17,513 nucleotides of DNA from Clostridia bacterium (GCA_017959195.1 JAGDBE010000130.1:1-17513), one strand, 5' to 3'. Positions 1-8,424 are shown, counted from the stretch's first letter. The notes: generated by a model from the sequence alone, not told the origin. Translations and numbers: made by a program.

Positions 1-708
1 TTCGGTGTGTCCGCTCCCGCCTTTTATTGGAGATTTTTCAAGTCCTTTTACCTCAAATCCCATATCGAGCGCATGTTTTTTTATGTCCCCGATTACGCTT
101 AAAATGACTTTTTCGTCTTTCACGATACCGTTTTTGCCTATATTTTCCCTGCCCGCCTCAAACTGCGGCTTTATGAGGGTTATTATATCGGCGTTTTTGG
201 CGCAGATCCGCTTTAACGCGGGATAAATCAGCTTCTGCGATATGAACGACACGTCCATAACCGCAATTTCCGCAGCTTTTCCGCCTATATCGGTAAGTTC
301 AAGGTTTCTTGCGTTGAAATTCTCCATCGAAAAAACTCTTTCGTCGTCTTTAAGTTTCTCTGCAAGCTGCCCCGTTCCCGAATCGACGGCATAGACCTTT
401 TTTGCCCCGTTTTTCAGCAAAACCTCGGTAAAACCGCCCGTAGACGCACCGATATCGACGCAGACTTTACCGCCGGCGTCAACTTCGAACTTTTCGAGAG
501 CATAAGCAAGTTTTATTCCGCCTCTGCCGACGTATTCGTCGGAATCGGATTTTTCGACGGAAATCTCACACGCGTTTTCGTCTACCTCGTACGACGCCTT
601 TGTGCAGATTTTTCCGTCAACGCTCACTTTGCCCGCGTCTATCAGTTCTTTTGCCTTTGTCCTGCTTTGTGAATATCCGTTTTGATACAGATAAGCGTCA
701 ATTCTCAT
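1..708 (-). CDS. tlyA: TlyA-family rRNA 2'-O-methyltransferase (S4 RNA-binding domain + FtsJ-like methyltransferase). It is partial: the C-terminal end runs off the left window edge.
   Basis: The minus-strand translation from the ATG at 708..706 is open to position 1 with no stop. It reads MRIDAYLYQNGYSQSRTKAKELIDAGKVSVDGK... (S4 domain), then ...VDIGASTGGFTEVLLKNGAKKVYAVDSGTGQL... (SAM-binding GxGxG of the FtsJ/TlyA family). A GAGGA RBS lies 7 nt upstream. It is absent from the ORF track only because no stop codon falls inside the window. Confidence 0.85.
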   Translation of the reverse strand, partial: MRIDAYLYQNGYSQSRTKAKELIDAGKVSVDGKICTKASYEVDENACEISVEKSDSDEYVGRGGIKLAYALEKFEVDAGGKVCVDIGASTGGFTEVLLKNGAKKVYAVDSGTGQLAEKLKDDERVFSMENFNARNLELTDIGGKAAEIAVMDVSFISQKLIYPALKRICAKNADIITLIKPQFEAGRENIGKNGIVKDEKVILSVIGDIKKHALDMGFEVKGLEKSPIKGGSGHTE

Positions 709-737
709 TTTCTTTTCCTCAAGTTTTTTCCTTGACT

Positions 738-766
738 ATTATACTTAATTTATCTTACCGTGTCAA
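738..766 (-). promoter_or_regulatory. Sigma-A-type promoter for tlyA (-35 TTGACA at 766..761, 17-nt spacer, -10 TATAAT at 743..738)
   Basis: The minus strand carries an exact TTGACA-N17-TATAAT, about 30 nt upstream of the tlyA ATG with the GAGGA RBS in between. Confidence 0.6.
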
Positions 767-868
767 CTTAATTATATTAAATGATTTTCTTATAATTCGT
801 AAAATCTCACAAGTATTAAACTAAAAATTAATTTTTTTGATATAAATATTAAACATTGATTTTTGCTA

Positions 869-897
869 TTGCAAAAACAGTCGAAATTTATTAAAAT
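869..897 (+). promoter_or_regulatory. Candidate promoter for upp (TTGCAA-N17-TAAAAT)
   Basis: Near-consensus -35/-10 pair with a 17-nt spacer in the AT-rich divergent region. An AAGGAAG RBS sits at 926-932 before the ATG at 942. Confidence 0.35.
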
Positions 898-941
898 ATT
901 AAGAGAGAAAACTAAAATATAAAAAAAGGAAGTAGCGACGT

Positions 942-1577
942 ATGGAACATCCGCAGGTAACAGTTTACGATCATCCTCTTATCACCCACAAAATTTCCCT
1001 TTTGAGAGACGAAAACACAGGAAGCAAGCAGTTCCGCGAGCTTATCGAGGAAATTGCGATGCTTATGGGCTACGAAACGCTTCGCGATTTACCTATGGAA
1101 GAATATCAGATTAAAACGCCTATTACCACCACGACTGTAAAGAGACTTGCCGGCAAAAAACTTGCTCTCGTTCCCATTTTAAGAACGGGACTCGGCATGG
1201 TCAGCGGAGTTCTCTCCCTCGTTCCTTCCGCAAAGGTCGGACACATCGGTCTTTACAGAGATGAAAAAACCCTTGAACCCCACGAATACTACTGCAAACT
1301 TCCCGAAGATATTTCCAACAGACTCGTTAGTATCCTCGACCCGATGCTCGCGACGGGCGGCTCCGCTTCCGCGGCTATCGATTTTATCAAGATGCGCGGC
1401 TGCAAAAACATCAAATTCATGTCTATCATCGCAGCCCCCGAAGGTATAAGAAAGGTTTCCGCAAACCATCCCGACGTTCAGTTCTACTGCGGATGCGTTG
1501 ACGAAAGACTCAACGATAACGGATATATCGTTCCCGGACTCGGAGACGCGGGAGACAGAATTTTCGGAACCAAATAA
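942..1577 (+). CDS. upp: Uracil phosphoribosyltransferase
   Basis: 211 aa. The N-terminus is the classic UPRTase VYDHPLI...LRD...T, and a PRPP-binding motif ...[11 protein letters not shown]... is present. Length and end-to-end conservation fit UPRTase. Confidence 0.95.
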   Translation: MEHPQVTVYDHPLITHKISLLRDENTGSKQFRELIEEIAMLMGYETLRDLPMEEYQIKTPITTTTVKRLAGKKLALVPILRTGLGMVSGVLSLVPSAKVGHIGLYRDEKTLEPHEYYCKLPEDISNRLVSILDPMLATGGSASAAIDFIKMRGCKNIKFMSIIAAPEGIRKVSANHPDVQFYCGCVDERLNDNGYIVPGLGDAGDRIFGTK

Positions 1578-1586
1578 TCACGTACA

Positions 1587-1617
1587 AAAAGCGGACGGAT
1601 TTTTCGTCCGCTTTTTT
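1587..1617 (+). terminator. Rho-independent terminator after upp
   Basis: aaaaGCGGACGgatttttCGTCCGCtttttt: a 7-11 bp GC-rich stem followed by a T6 run. Confidence 0.8.
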
Positions 1618-1638
1618 CATTATTTTCAATTCTTATTC

Positions 1639-1667
1639 TTGAATTTTACACTTGTCTTTGGTATAAT
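1639..1667 (+). promoter_or_regulatory. Promoter for the HD-domain gene (TTGAAT-N17-TGgTATAAT, extended -10)
   Basis: -35 TTGAAT at 1639-1644, 17-nt spacer, TG-extended TATAAT at 1662-1667. A GAGG RBS at 1688-1691 lies 7 nt before the ATG at 1699. Confidence 0.5.
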
Positions 1668-1698
1668 AATTACAGAAATATAGATGCGAGGTTTTATC

Positions 1699-2292
1699 AT
1701 GAATAAAGAAGAATTGAAAAGCATTGAAATCGAGTCTCCGAAAGACAGATTCATAAAGGCCTACAACGCCGCCATCACCCGCCAGGGCTCAAAAGAGCTG
1801 CTTGATTGGATGCTGACGACGGATTTCTTCACGGCTCCGGCAAGTTCTAAGTTCCACAGCGCATACGAGGGCGGTCTGTGCGACCACAGTCTGAACGTGT
1901 ATAACGTTTTGATAGAAAGGTACAACGACAAAAAGCCCGACGAGACGTATGCTATCGTAGCGCTTCTGCACGATCTCTGCAAGGCGGAATTTTATAAATC
2001 CACAATGAGAAACGTCAAGAACGAGACGACGGGCGCGTGGGAAAAAGTCCCCTACTACACCATAGAAGATAAATTTCCGTTCGGACACGGCGAAAAATCG
2101 GTGTTCCTCATTGAACGCTTTATGCGCCTGAAGGTCGAGGAAGCGATTGCTATAAGATGGCATATGGGCGGCTTCGACGACGCGGCGCGCGGAGGAAGCT
2201 ACGCGATAAACGGCGCTTTCGAAAAATATCCGCTTGCGGTTAAACTCCACCTTGCCGACATAGAAGCGACTTATCTTATCGAAAATTATTAA
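1699..2292 (+). CDS. HD-domain metal-dependent phosphohydrolase (PF01966-like), specific function unknown
   Basis: The spaced H..HD..H..D residues of the HD fold are present: ...SKFHSAYEGGLCDHSLNV...ALLHDLCK...GHGEKS...RWHMGG...D. Start 1699 (MNKEEL) is preferred over the in-frame ATG at 1684 because the GAGG RBS is correctly spaced for 1699. Confidence 0.7.
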   Translation: MNKEELKSIEIESPKDRFIKAYNAAITRQGSKELLDWMLTTDFFTAPASSKFHSAYEGGLCDHSLNVYNVLIERYNDKKPDETYAIVALLHDLCKAEFYKSTMRNVKNETTGAWEKVPYYTIEDKFPFGHGEKSVFLIERFMRLKVEEAIAIRWHMGGFDDAARGGSYAINGAFEKYPLAVKLHLADIEATYLIENY

Positions 2293-2326
2293 TATGTAAA
2301 AATTTGTTGTATTTTTTATTATCTGC

Positions 2327-2355
2327 TTGAATTTCAGCGCAAACGATTATATAAT
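2327..2355 (+). promoter_or_regulatory. Promoter for fba (TTGAAT-N17-TATAAT)
   Basis: -35 at 2327-2332 and -10 TATAAT at 2350-2355 with a 17-nt spacer. A GGAGG RBS at 2380-2384 precedes the ATG at 2394. Confidence 0.55.
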
Positions 2356-2393
2356 ATTATTCGGAAAAATTAATTAAACGGAGGATGTAAAAA

Positions 2394-3257
2394 ATGTTAG
2401 TATCAGCAAAGGAAATGCTCACCAAAGCCAAAGAAGGACATTATGCGGTAGGCCAGTTCAATATCAATAACCTTGAATGGACAAAAGCTATACTCCTTAC
2501 GGCGCAGGAAATGAATTCGCCCGTTATTCTCGGCGTGTCCGAGGGCGCGGGAAAATATATGTGCGGCTACAAAACGGTTGTAGGCATGGTAAAAGGTATG
2601 ATAGAATGCCTCGAAATCACCGTTCCCGTAGCAATCCACCTCGACCACGGCTCGTATGAAGCTTGCTATAAGTGCATAGACGCAGGTTTCTCGTCGATCA
2701 TGTTTGACGGCTCAAAGTACCCGATAGAAGAAAATATAGCAAAGACAAAGGAACTCGTACGCGTTGCAGCAGAAAAGGGACTCTCGCTTGAAGCGGAAGT
2801 CGGCGCAATCGGCGGCGAAGAAGACGGCGTTATCGGAATGGGCGAAGTCGCTGACCCCGACGAATGCAAAATGATCGCAGACCTCGGCGTTACAATGCTC
2901 GCCGCAGGTATCGGAAATATTCACGGAAAATATCCCGCAAACTGGAAGGGCCTCTCTTTTGATACGCTCGCAAAAATCCAGGAGAAAACAGGAAAAATGC
3001 CGCTCGTTCTCCACGGCGGTACGGGTATCCCCGCAGATATGATCAAAAAGGCAATCGACCTCGGCGTTTCCAAAATCAACGTGAATCCCGAATGCCAGCT
3101 CTCCTTCACGGCGGCTGTAAGAAAGTATTTCGAAGAAGGTAAGGACCTCGAAGGAAAAGGATTTGACCCGAGAAAAGTCCTCGCTCCCGGCGTTGAAGCT
3201 ATTAAAGCTACCGTCAGAGAAAAAATCGAATTGTTCGGCTCTGCAAATAAAGCGTAA
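2394..3257 (+). CDS. fba: Class II fructose-1,6-bisphosphate aldolase
   Basis: 287 aa. Class II aldolase signatures are present: ...VPVAIHLDHG..., ...HGGTGIP... and LVLHGG. A strong GGAGG RBS precedes the start. Confidence 0.95.
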   Translation: MLVSAKEMLTKAKEGHYAVGQFNINNLEWTKAILLTAQEMNSPVILGVSEGAGKYMCGYKTVVGMVKGMIECLEITVPVAIHLDHGSYEACYKCIDAGFSSIMFDGSKYPIEENIAKTKELVRVAAEKGLSLEAEVGAIGGEEDGVIGMGEVADPDECKMIADLGVTMLAAGIGNIHGKYPANWKGLSFDTLAKIQEKTGKMPLVLHGGTGIPADMIKKAIDLGVSKINVNPECQLSFTAAVRKYFEEGKDLEGKGFDPRKVLAPGVEAIKATVREKIELFGSANKA

Positions 3258-3267
3258 ATCGTTATTT

Positions 3268-3308
3268 AAAGCCCTCCGCAATATCGCGGAGGGCTTTTGT
3301 TTTTTTAT
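3268..3308 (+). terminator. Rho-independent terminator after fba
   Basis: AAAGCCCTCCGCaatatcGCGGAGGGCTTT followed by tgttttttttat: a perfect 12-bp stem, a 6-nt loop and a T-run. Confidence 0.85.
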
Positions 3309-3347
3309 ATACGTACTTTTCTTGCACAAGAAAAGACCCAAAAGAGT

Positions 3348-3372
3348 GCGGGCTTTCTCGCAGAAAGCCCGT
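3348..3372 (-). terminator. Hairpin terminator for dxs (minus strand)
   Basis: GCGGGCTTTCTcgcAGAAAGCCCGt. On the minus strand the stem is followed by the U-rich run cactcttttgggtcttttctt. It lies in the convergent fba/dxs intergenic region. Confidence 0.5.
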
Positions 3373-3417
3373 GAAAGACCATTTTTTAATGTTTTAGCTC
3401 TGTTTGGTTACTTTCTC

Positions 3418-5274
3418 TTACCTGAGAGAAAGTAACACAAAAGAATGGATTTGCTCCGGAGTAAATCCGTACTTTTCGTCAAATTCTTTTACGTTCATAT
3501 GTTTGGGGAAGGCCTCGTTGACGGCGATAATTCCGGTTTTAACCGAAACGCCGTTCATCTGCATACACGACGATATTTTCTCGGATATTCCGCCGGATTT
3601 TATGCCCTCTTCCACGAAGCAGACGAATTTTGCGCCTTCAAAGTACTGCTTTATTTTCTCGAAATCAACGGGATACACCTTTACGAGTTTGATTATACAT
3701 ACTTTAAGGCCGTCGTTTATGAGCATCTGCGCCGCCTCGTAAACGTTAGCGGTTATTCTGCCGTAGGTAACGAAAACAACTTCCGTTCCGCCCTCTCCGT
3801 CATTATAGACGTCGAAGCCGTCGAATTTTACAAATTTCGTTCTCTCATATACGGCGGGCGCGCCTTTGGGGTATCTCACGACATCAAGACCGTCGCCGTA
3901 AAGCGCCTTTTCAAGGCAGTCTTTCAATTCGTAAAAGTTTTCGGGCGAATATATTTCAGCGCCCGGGATATTTGAAATCATCGCGCAGTCGAAAATACCC
4001 TGGTGGGTTTCACCGTCGCAGGAAACGAAGCCCGCGCGGTCAAGCGCAAGAACGATGTGCAGTTTCTGGAGCGAGACGTCGTGGATCAGCTGGTCGTACA
4101 TTCTCTGCGCAAACGTGGAATACACCGCGCATACGGGAATCAAACCCGAAAGGGCGAGTCCCGACGCAAACGTGATTTCGTGTTCCTCTGCAATTCCTAC
4201 GTCAAAAAATCTGTTTTTTATTTTTTCGGAGAATTCCGAAAGCCCCGTGCCGTCCTTCATTGCGGAAGTAATCGCGCAGATTCTTTCGTCTTTCTGCGCC
4301 ATTTCGCACAGCGTTTCGCCGAACATGGCGGAAAAGCTTTTTGTTTCTTCTATACTTTTCTTTTCGCCGGTTACTACGTCAAAAGGACCTATGCTGTGGA
4401 ACTTTTCGGGATTTTCTTCCGCTATTTTATAGCCTTTTCCCTTTTTTGTCTTGACGTGCACGAGCACGCAGGCGTTTTTCTTTTTCGCCTCGTTAATAAC
4501 CACGGAAAGCTTTTCTATATCGTTGCCGTCGACGGGTCCGAAATACTTAATGCCGAGCGGCTCGAAAAACGGCTGTTTGTAAAACATTCTCTTTATGCCG
4601 TTCTTTATGTGGCGTACGAAATTTACGATTTTAATGCCTATAAACGGAATTTTGGAGAACACCGCCTGGAAATTCCTCTTTATGCGGTAATATCTGCCGC
4701 TCGTCCTGATTTTCGACAGGTGTTTTGCAAGACTTCCGACGCTTGAAGATATAGACATCTCGTTGTCGTTGAGAATTATAATGAGTTTCAGGTCGGGGCT
4801 GCAGTTGTTCATAGCCTCGTAAACCATGCCGTTTGAGAAAGAACCGTCTCCTATCACGGCAACGGTATACGCGCCGCTGTTTTTCATTTTTTCGGCGGTT
4901 GCAATTCCTATCGCCGCCGAAAGCGCGGCTCCGCTGTGTCCCGAAGTAACGGTGTCGTATTCGCTTTCAAATCTGTTTGTAAAGCCGGAAATGCCGTCGG
5001 ATTTTCTGAGCGTGCCGAAATTGAGGAATCTGTCCGTCAGCAGTTTGTGCGTATAGCACTGGTGGCTTACGTCAAAAAGAATCTTGTCTTTCGGAAAATC
5101 GAAAATTTTATGCAGTACCACCGTCGTTTCGACGATACCGAGGTTTGAGCCCAGGTGTCCGCCGTTTTCCGACACGGTGGAGATAATCTTTTCACGTATT
5201 TCTTCGGAAAGTTTTTCCAGCTGTTTTATATTCAGATTTTTAAGGTCATTCGGTGAATGAACGTTTTCCAACAT
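3418..5274 (-). CDS. dxs: 1-deoxy-D-xylulose-5-phosphate synthase
   Basis: 618 aa. A TPP-binding GDG motif (...VAVIGDGSFSNGMVYEAMN...) and transketolase-like pyrimidine-binding and C-terminal domains are present, and conservation runs the full length. Probably co-transcribed with the upstream HAD gene (25-nt gap). Confidence 0.95.
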   Translation of the reverse strand: MLENVHSPNDLKNLNIKQLEKLSEEIREKIISTVSENGGHLGSNLGIVETTVVLHKIFDFPKDKILFDVSHQCYTHKLLTDRFLNFGTLRKSDGISGFTNRFESEYDTVTSGHSGAALSAAIGIATAEKMKNSGAYTVAVIGDGSFSNGMVYEAMNNCSPDLKLIIILNDNEMSISSSVGSLAKHLSKIRTSGRYYRIKRNFQAVFSKIPFIGIKIVNFVRHIKNGIKRMFYKQPFFEPLGIKYFGPVDGNDIEKLSVVINEAKKKNACVLVHVKTKKGKGYKIAEENPEKFHSIGPFDVVTGEKKSIEETKSFSAMFGETLCEMAQKDERICAITSAMKDGTGLSEFSEKIKNRFFDVGIAEEHEITFASGLALSGLIPVCAVYSTFAQRMYDQLIHDVSLQKLHIVLALDRAGFVSCDGETHQGIFDCAMISNIPGAEIYSPENFYELKDCLEKALYGDGLDVVRYPKGAPAVYERTKFVKFDGFDVYNDGEGGTEVVFVTYGRITANVYEAAQMLINDGLKVCIIKLVKVYPVDFEKIKQYFEGAKFVCFVEEGIKSGGISEKISSCMQMNGVSVKTGIIAVNEAFPKHMNVKEFDEKYGFTPEQIHSFVLLSLR

Positions 5275-5299
5275 CTATGAATAATTCCCTTTCAATGCT

Positions 5300-5884
5300 T
5301 TATGAGGCTTCATTTTTGATTTCCTTCATTTTGTTTCCCTTGACGATAAAACTCTTTTCGGCTCTTTCGATAAACGGTCTGTCGTTGAAAGAATCGGTGT
5401 AGAAATTATCGATTTTTACGTCTCCGAACTTTTGGTCGAACATTTCAGGCTTGGTTTTGCGGAAACACAGTTTGATTATTTTCTGCTCTTTTATATCTAC
5501 TTCGGAGCAGAGAAGATTGTCTTCGCTTATCCCCAGCCTTCTGCATACCGGTCGGAGCATAATGCCGAAAGAGGCGCTTAAAATGACGTCGTCTTCCTTT
5601 TTCTGCGCGAGATAAAACGGCTTTATCTTTTTAATATTCTTATCCCAGAAATCCTCAACCCATTCATCGTAAACGGGGCACATATCAAGCGCGTCGAATA
5701 TATATTTTTCACACAGTTTCATCAGTTTTTCGTTGCTTATAAGGCAAAACTCGTATTTCAATACGTTGTATATTATCGCGAAGAAAAATTTGATAAAACG
5801 AATGTCGCGTCTAAGGCAAAAAAAGTAAAAATCAAAAAGAGATTCACCTTTGTATATCGTATTGTCAAAATCGTATACGTTCAT
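5300..5884 (-). CDS. HAD-superfamily hydrolase (HAD-IB-like)
   Basis: 194 aa. It carries N-terminal HAD motif I (YDFDNTIY, DxDxT) and motif IV (YTDSFNDRP). Sits immediately upstream of dxs on the same strand. Confidence 0.65.
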   Translation of the reverse strand: MNVYDFDNTIYKGESLFDFYFFCLRRDIRFIKFFFAIIYNVLKYEFCLISNEKLMKLCEKYIFDALDMCPVYDEWVEDFWDKNIKKIKPFYLAQKKEDDVILSASFGIMLRPVCRRLGISEDNLLCSEVDIKEQKIIKLCFRKTKPEMFDQKFGDVKIDNFYTDSFNDRPFIERAEKSFIVKGNKMKEIKNEAS

Positions 5885-5913
5885 AAAATCTACCTTGTAC
5901 TTTTGTTTTTTTT

Positions 5914-5942
5914 ATTATACTTCATTTACACTTTATTGTCAA
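5914..5942 (-). promoter_or_regulatory. Sigma-A consensus promoter for the HAD-dxs operon (-35 TTGACA at 5942..5937, -10 TATAAT at 5919..5914)
   Basis: Exact TTGACA-N17-TATAAT on the minus strand, about 30 nt upstream of the ATG at 5884. Confidence 0.65.
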
Positions 5943-5959
5943 TATAACGCGCAAACGCA

Positions 5960-5996
5960 AAAAAAGGCCCGGACGGCAGAGTTTCCGCTGCCGTTC
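5960..5996 (-). terminator. Terminator downstream of the P-type ATPase gene
   Basis: GGACGGCAG / CTGCCGTTC stem (9 bp including one G·U) with an 8-nt loop. On the minus strand it is followed by gggccTTTTTTT. Confidence 0.5.
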
Positions 5997-6024
5997 AAAA
6001 GCCCTTTTTGTTGTTATTGATGCT

Positions 6025-7869
6025 TTATTTAATCTTTAACGCCCTTATCGCATTGAGGATTGCGAGAAACGCGGTTCCTACGTCTGCAAAAATCGCAAGC
6101 CACATGTTTGCAAGCCCCATGACGCTTAAAATCATCACCGCCGCTTTAACCGCAAGCGCAAAAAAGATATTTTGCTTCACTATTTTCATGGTTTTTGCGG
6201 ATATTTTAATCGCGAGCGGAATCTTAGAAAGGTTGTCGTCCATAAGCACGACGTTTGAAGCTTCTATCGCGGCGTCGCTGCCGATAACCCCCATCGCTAT
6301 TCCGACGTCGGACGCAGTCAGCACCGGCGCGTCGTTTATTCCGTCGCCCGCGAAGGCGGTTATTCTTTTTTCGGCCTTGTTTTCCGAAATAATTTTTTCG
6401 GCTATCCCGACTTTGTCCGCAGGTAAAAGTTCAAAATACGCCTTTTCTATTCCGAGTTCCCGTGCAACCGATTTTCCCGACGACTCCTTGTCTCCCGTCA
6501 GCATAACCGGCTCGGCTCCGTACTTTTTAAGCGTTTCCAGAGCTTCCTTTGCACCGTCTTTTATCATATCTTTTACGGCGATAACCCCCGCGTAAACCCC
6601 GGAAACCGAAACGTATGCCGCGGTGCCCTCACCCTTAAATTCTTCAAATTCAATGTTTTCGTCATACATAAGCGTCTTGTTTCCGACGCTTATATTTTTG
6701 CCGTCAACAAGCGCTCTTATACCTTTTCCGACTGACTGCTCCGCGTTTTCAACCACAGCGCCCGATATGTCGGCGTTGTTTCTTAATGCCGCCGCAATCG
6801 GGTGTCCGGAATATTTTTCCGCCGCCGCGGCGTAATAAAGAAGCTCTTTTTCGGTAAATCCGTTTGCGCTTCTGATTTCGGATACCTCGAATTTTCCCTT
6901 TGTGAGCGTGCCCGTCTTGTCAAAAATGACGGTTTTCAACTTGGACAGCGCCTCGATATAAACGGCACCTTTAATCAGTATTCCGTTTTTCGACGCTCCG
7001 CCTATTCCGCAGAAAAACGACAGCGGAACGGATATTACGAGCGCGCACGGGCATGAAACCACGAGAAAGATAAGTCCGCTCTTGACGTGCGATGCAAAAT
7101 CGCCGTAAATCAGCGTGGGAATCAATACTATAAGGACTGCGAGCAGACAAACCGCGGGAGTATAATATTTTGCGAATTTCGTGATGAAATTCTCGGATTT
7201 CGACTTCTTTTCGGCGCTTTTTTCGGTAAGCTCAAGTATTTTTGCCACCGTCGATTCGGAATACGGCTTTAACACCCTGGCATAAAGCGTACCGCTTATA
7301 TTAACGCAGCCGCTCGTAAGCCTTGAATCTTCCTTTACGGCAACGGGAGACGCCTCGCCCGTAAGAGATACGGTGTCGATATACGACTCCCCTTTCAGTA
7401 CGACACAGTCAACTGGTATTCTTTCGCCGCTCTTTATGAGGATAACGTCGCCTACCGAAATTTCTTCGGGGGAAACGACGTTGATTTCACCGTTTTCCTC
7501 TACCCTGTTTGCGTAGTCAGGTCTTATATCCATCAGCGCGGTTATGGATTTTCTCGTCTTTGAGACGGCGCAGCTCTGGAAAAGCTCCCCTATCTGATAC
7601 AAAATCAGTACCATTACCGCTTCGGAATACTCTTTAAGCGCATATGCGCCGAGAGTCGCCGCAAGCATGAGGAAATTCTCGTCGAAAATGCGTCCCGAAG
7701 CAATATTCAGCGCCGCTTTTTTTATTACGTCGTATCCGACTACGATATAAGGCGCAAGAAACGCAAGTGCGCGCACAAGCGCATACTCTTCCGGTATGAA
7801 AATGCACAAAAGGAAGAGTACGAGCGATATTATTATCCTGTAAAGAAGTTTTTTCTGCTTTTTAGTCAT
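6025..7869 (-). CDS. Heavy-metal translocating P1B-type ATPase of the Zn2+/Cd2+/Pb2+ class (CadA/ZntA-like), with no N-terminal metal-binding domain
   Basis: 614 aa. Motifs present: DKTGTLT phosphorylation site, SCPC metal-binding motif in TM6, GDGxNDxP hinge. The TM7 N...K (KQNIFFALAVKA) and TM8 ADVG aspartate are the P1B-2 (Zn/Cd) signatures rather than the Cu-type YN/MxxSS. The protein begins directly with TM helices. Its start lies 3 nt after the HMA stop. Confidence 0.9.
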   Translation of the reverse strand: MTKKQKKLLYRIIISLVLFLLCIFIPEEYALVRALAFLAPYIVVGYDVIKKAALNIASGRIFDENFLMLAATLGAYALKEYSEAVMVLILYQIGELFQSCAVSKTRKSITALMDIRPDYANRVEENGEINVVSPEEISVGDVILIKSGERIPVDCVVLKGESYIDTVSLTGEASPVAVKEDSRLTSGCVNISGTLYARVLKPYSESTVAKILELTEKSAEKKSKSENFITKFAKYYTPAVCLLAVLIVLIPTLIYGDFASHVKSGLIFLVVSCPCALVISVPLSFFCGIGGASKNGILIKGAVYIEALSKLKTVIFDKTGTLTKGKFEVSEIRSANGFTEKELLYYAAAAEKYSGHPIAAALRNNADISGAVVENAEQSVGKGIRALVDGKNISVGNKTLMYDENIEFEEFKGEGTAAYVSVSGVYAGVIAVKDMIKDGAKEALETLKKYGAEPVMLTGDKESSGKSVARELGIEKAYFELLPADKVGIAEKIISENKAEKRITAFAGDGINDAPVLTASDVGIAMGVIGSDAAIEASNVVLMDDNLSKIPLAIKISAKTMKIVKQNIFFALAVKAAVMILSVMGLANMWLAIFADVGTAFLAILNAIRALKIK

Positions 7870-7872
7870 TTT

Positions 7873-8091
7873 TTATTTTATAATCGTGCAGTCCGGTTCT
7901 ATTTTTTTGGCAATCTTAGCCATTTCGTCAACGATTTTGTCAAATTTGCTTTCTTCCGCGTCAAGCGTTATTTTCTGAGTAAGAAAACTAACGGAAACGC
8001 TGTTTACTCCGTCGAGTTTCGCAATACCTTCCTCGATTTTTGCGGCGCAGTGCGCGCAATCAAGGTCCTCTACCTTAAATACCTTTACCAT
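7873..8091 (-). CDS. Heavy-metal-associated (HMA) domain metallochaperone-like protein
   Basis: 72 aa with a ferredoxin-like HMA fold and a CxxC metal-binding motif (LDCAHC). Confidence 0.9.
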   Translation of the reverse strand: MVKVFKVEDLDCAHCAAKIEEGIAKLDGVNSVSVSFLTQKITLDAEESKFDKIVDEMAKIAKKIEPDCTIIK

Positions 8092-8118
8092 TACTCTGCC
8101 TCTTTTCGATATAAATTA

Positions 8119-8424
8119 TTATTCGTTGATATGCTCCGCACCCTGTGCGATAATCGTCTTTACGTGGTCGTCGGCAAGCGAATAATACACGACTTTGCCG
8201 TCTCTGCGGTATTTTACGAGCTCCGCCTGCTTGAGAATCCTCAACTGATGCGATACCGCCGACACCGAAACGCCGAGCAGTTCCGAAATATCGCAGACGC
8301 ACAGTTCTTCACGCATGAGCGCCGAAAGAATCCTTATTCTCGTTGAATCCCCGAAAACCTTGTACAGTTCCGCAAGCTTCATCATCTCTTCGTCTGTATA
8401 ACCGCCCGATTTTGCGTTCTCCAC
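8119..8424 (-). CDS. ArsR/SmtB-family metal-sensing transcriptional repressor (CadC-like)
   Basis: 101 aa. Winged-HTH signature ...FGDSTRIRILSAL..., the alpha-3 metal-site motif ELCVCD and the DNA-recognition helix ...SVSAVSHQLRILK... are present. The GTG start at 8424 has a GAGGT RBS. An internal ATG (MMKLAEL) is an alternative start. Confidence 0.88.
   Translation of the reverse strand: MENAKSGGYTDEEMMKLAELYKVFGDSTRIRILSALMREELCVCDISELLGVSVSAVSHQLRILKQAELVKYRRDGKVVYYSLADDHVKTIIAQGAEHINE

Noticed and set aside
1684-1698. Upstream in-frame ATG at 1684 as the start of the HD gene (MRGFIMNKEEL)
   Set aside because: The GAGG RBS at 1688-1691 lies inside that extension and is correctly spaced for the ATG at 1699. 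The 1684 start would have no RBS.
4003-4746. 247-aa plus-strand ORF, and similar plus-strand ORFs at 3445-3975, 6008-6595, 10316-10675, 10647-11120, 13421-13906 and 13651-14139
   Set aside because: All lie antisense to strongly conserved minus-strand genes (dxs, P-type ATPase, Zn-ribbon and SPFH genes, aspartokinase). They lack RBSs and encode low-complexity or repetitive peptides, which is the usual pattern for antisense frames of a real coding region.
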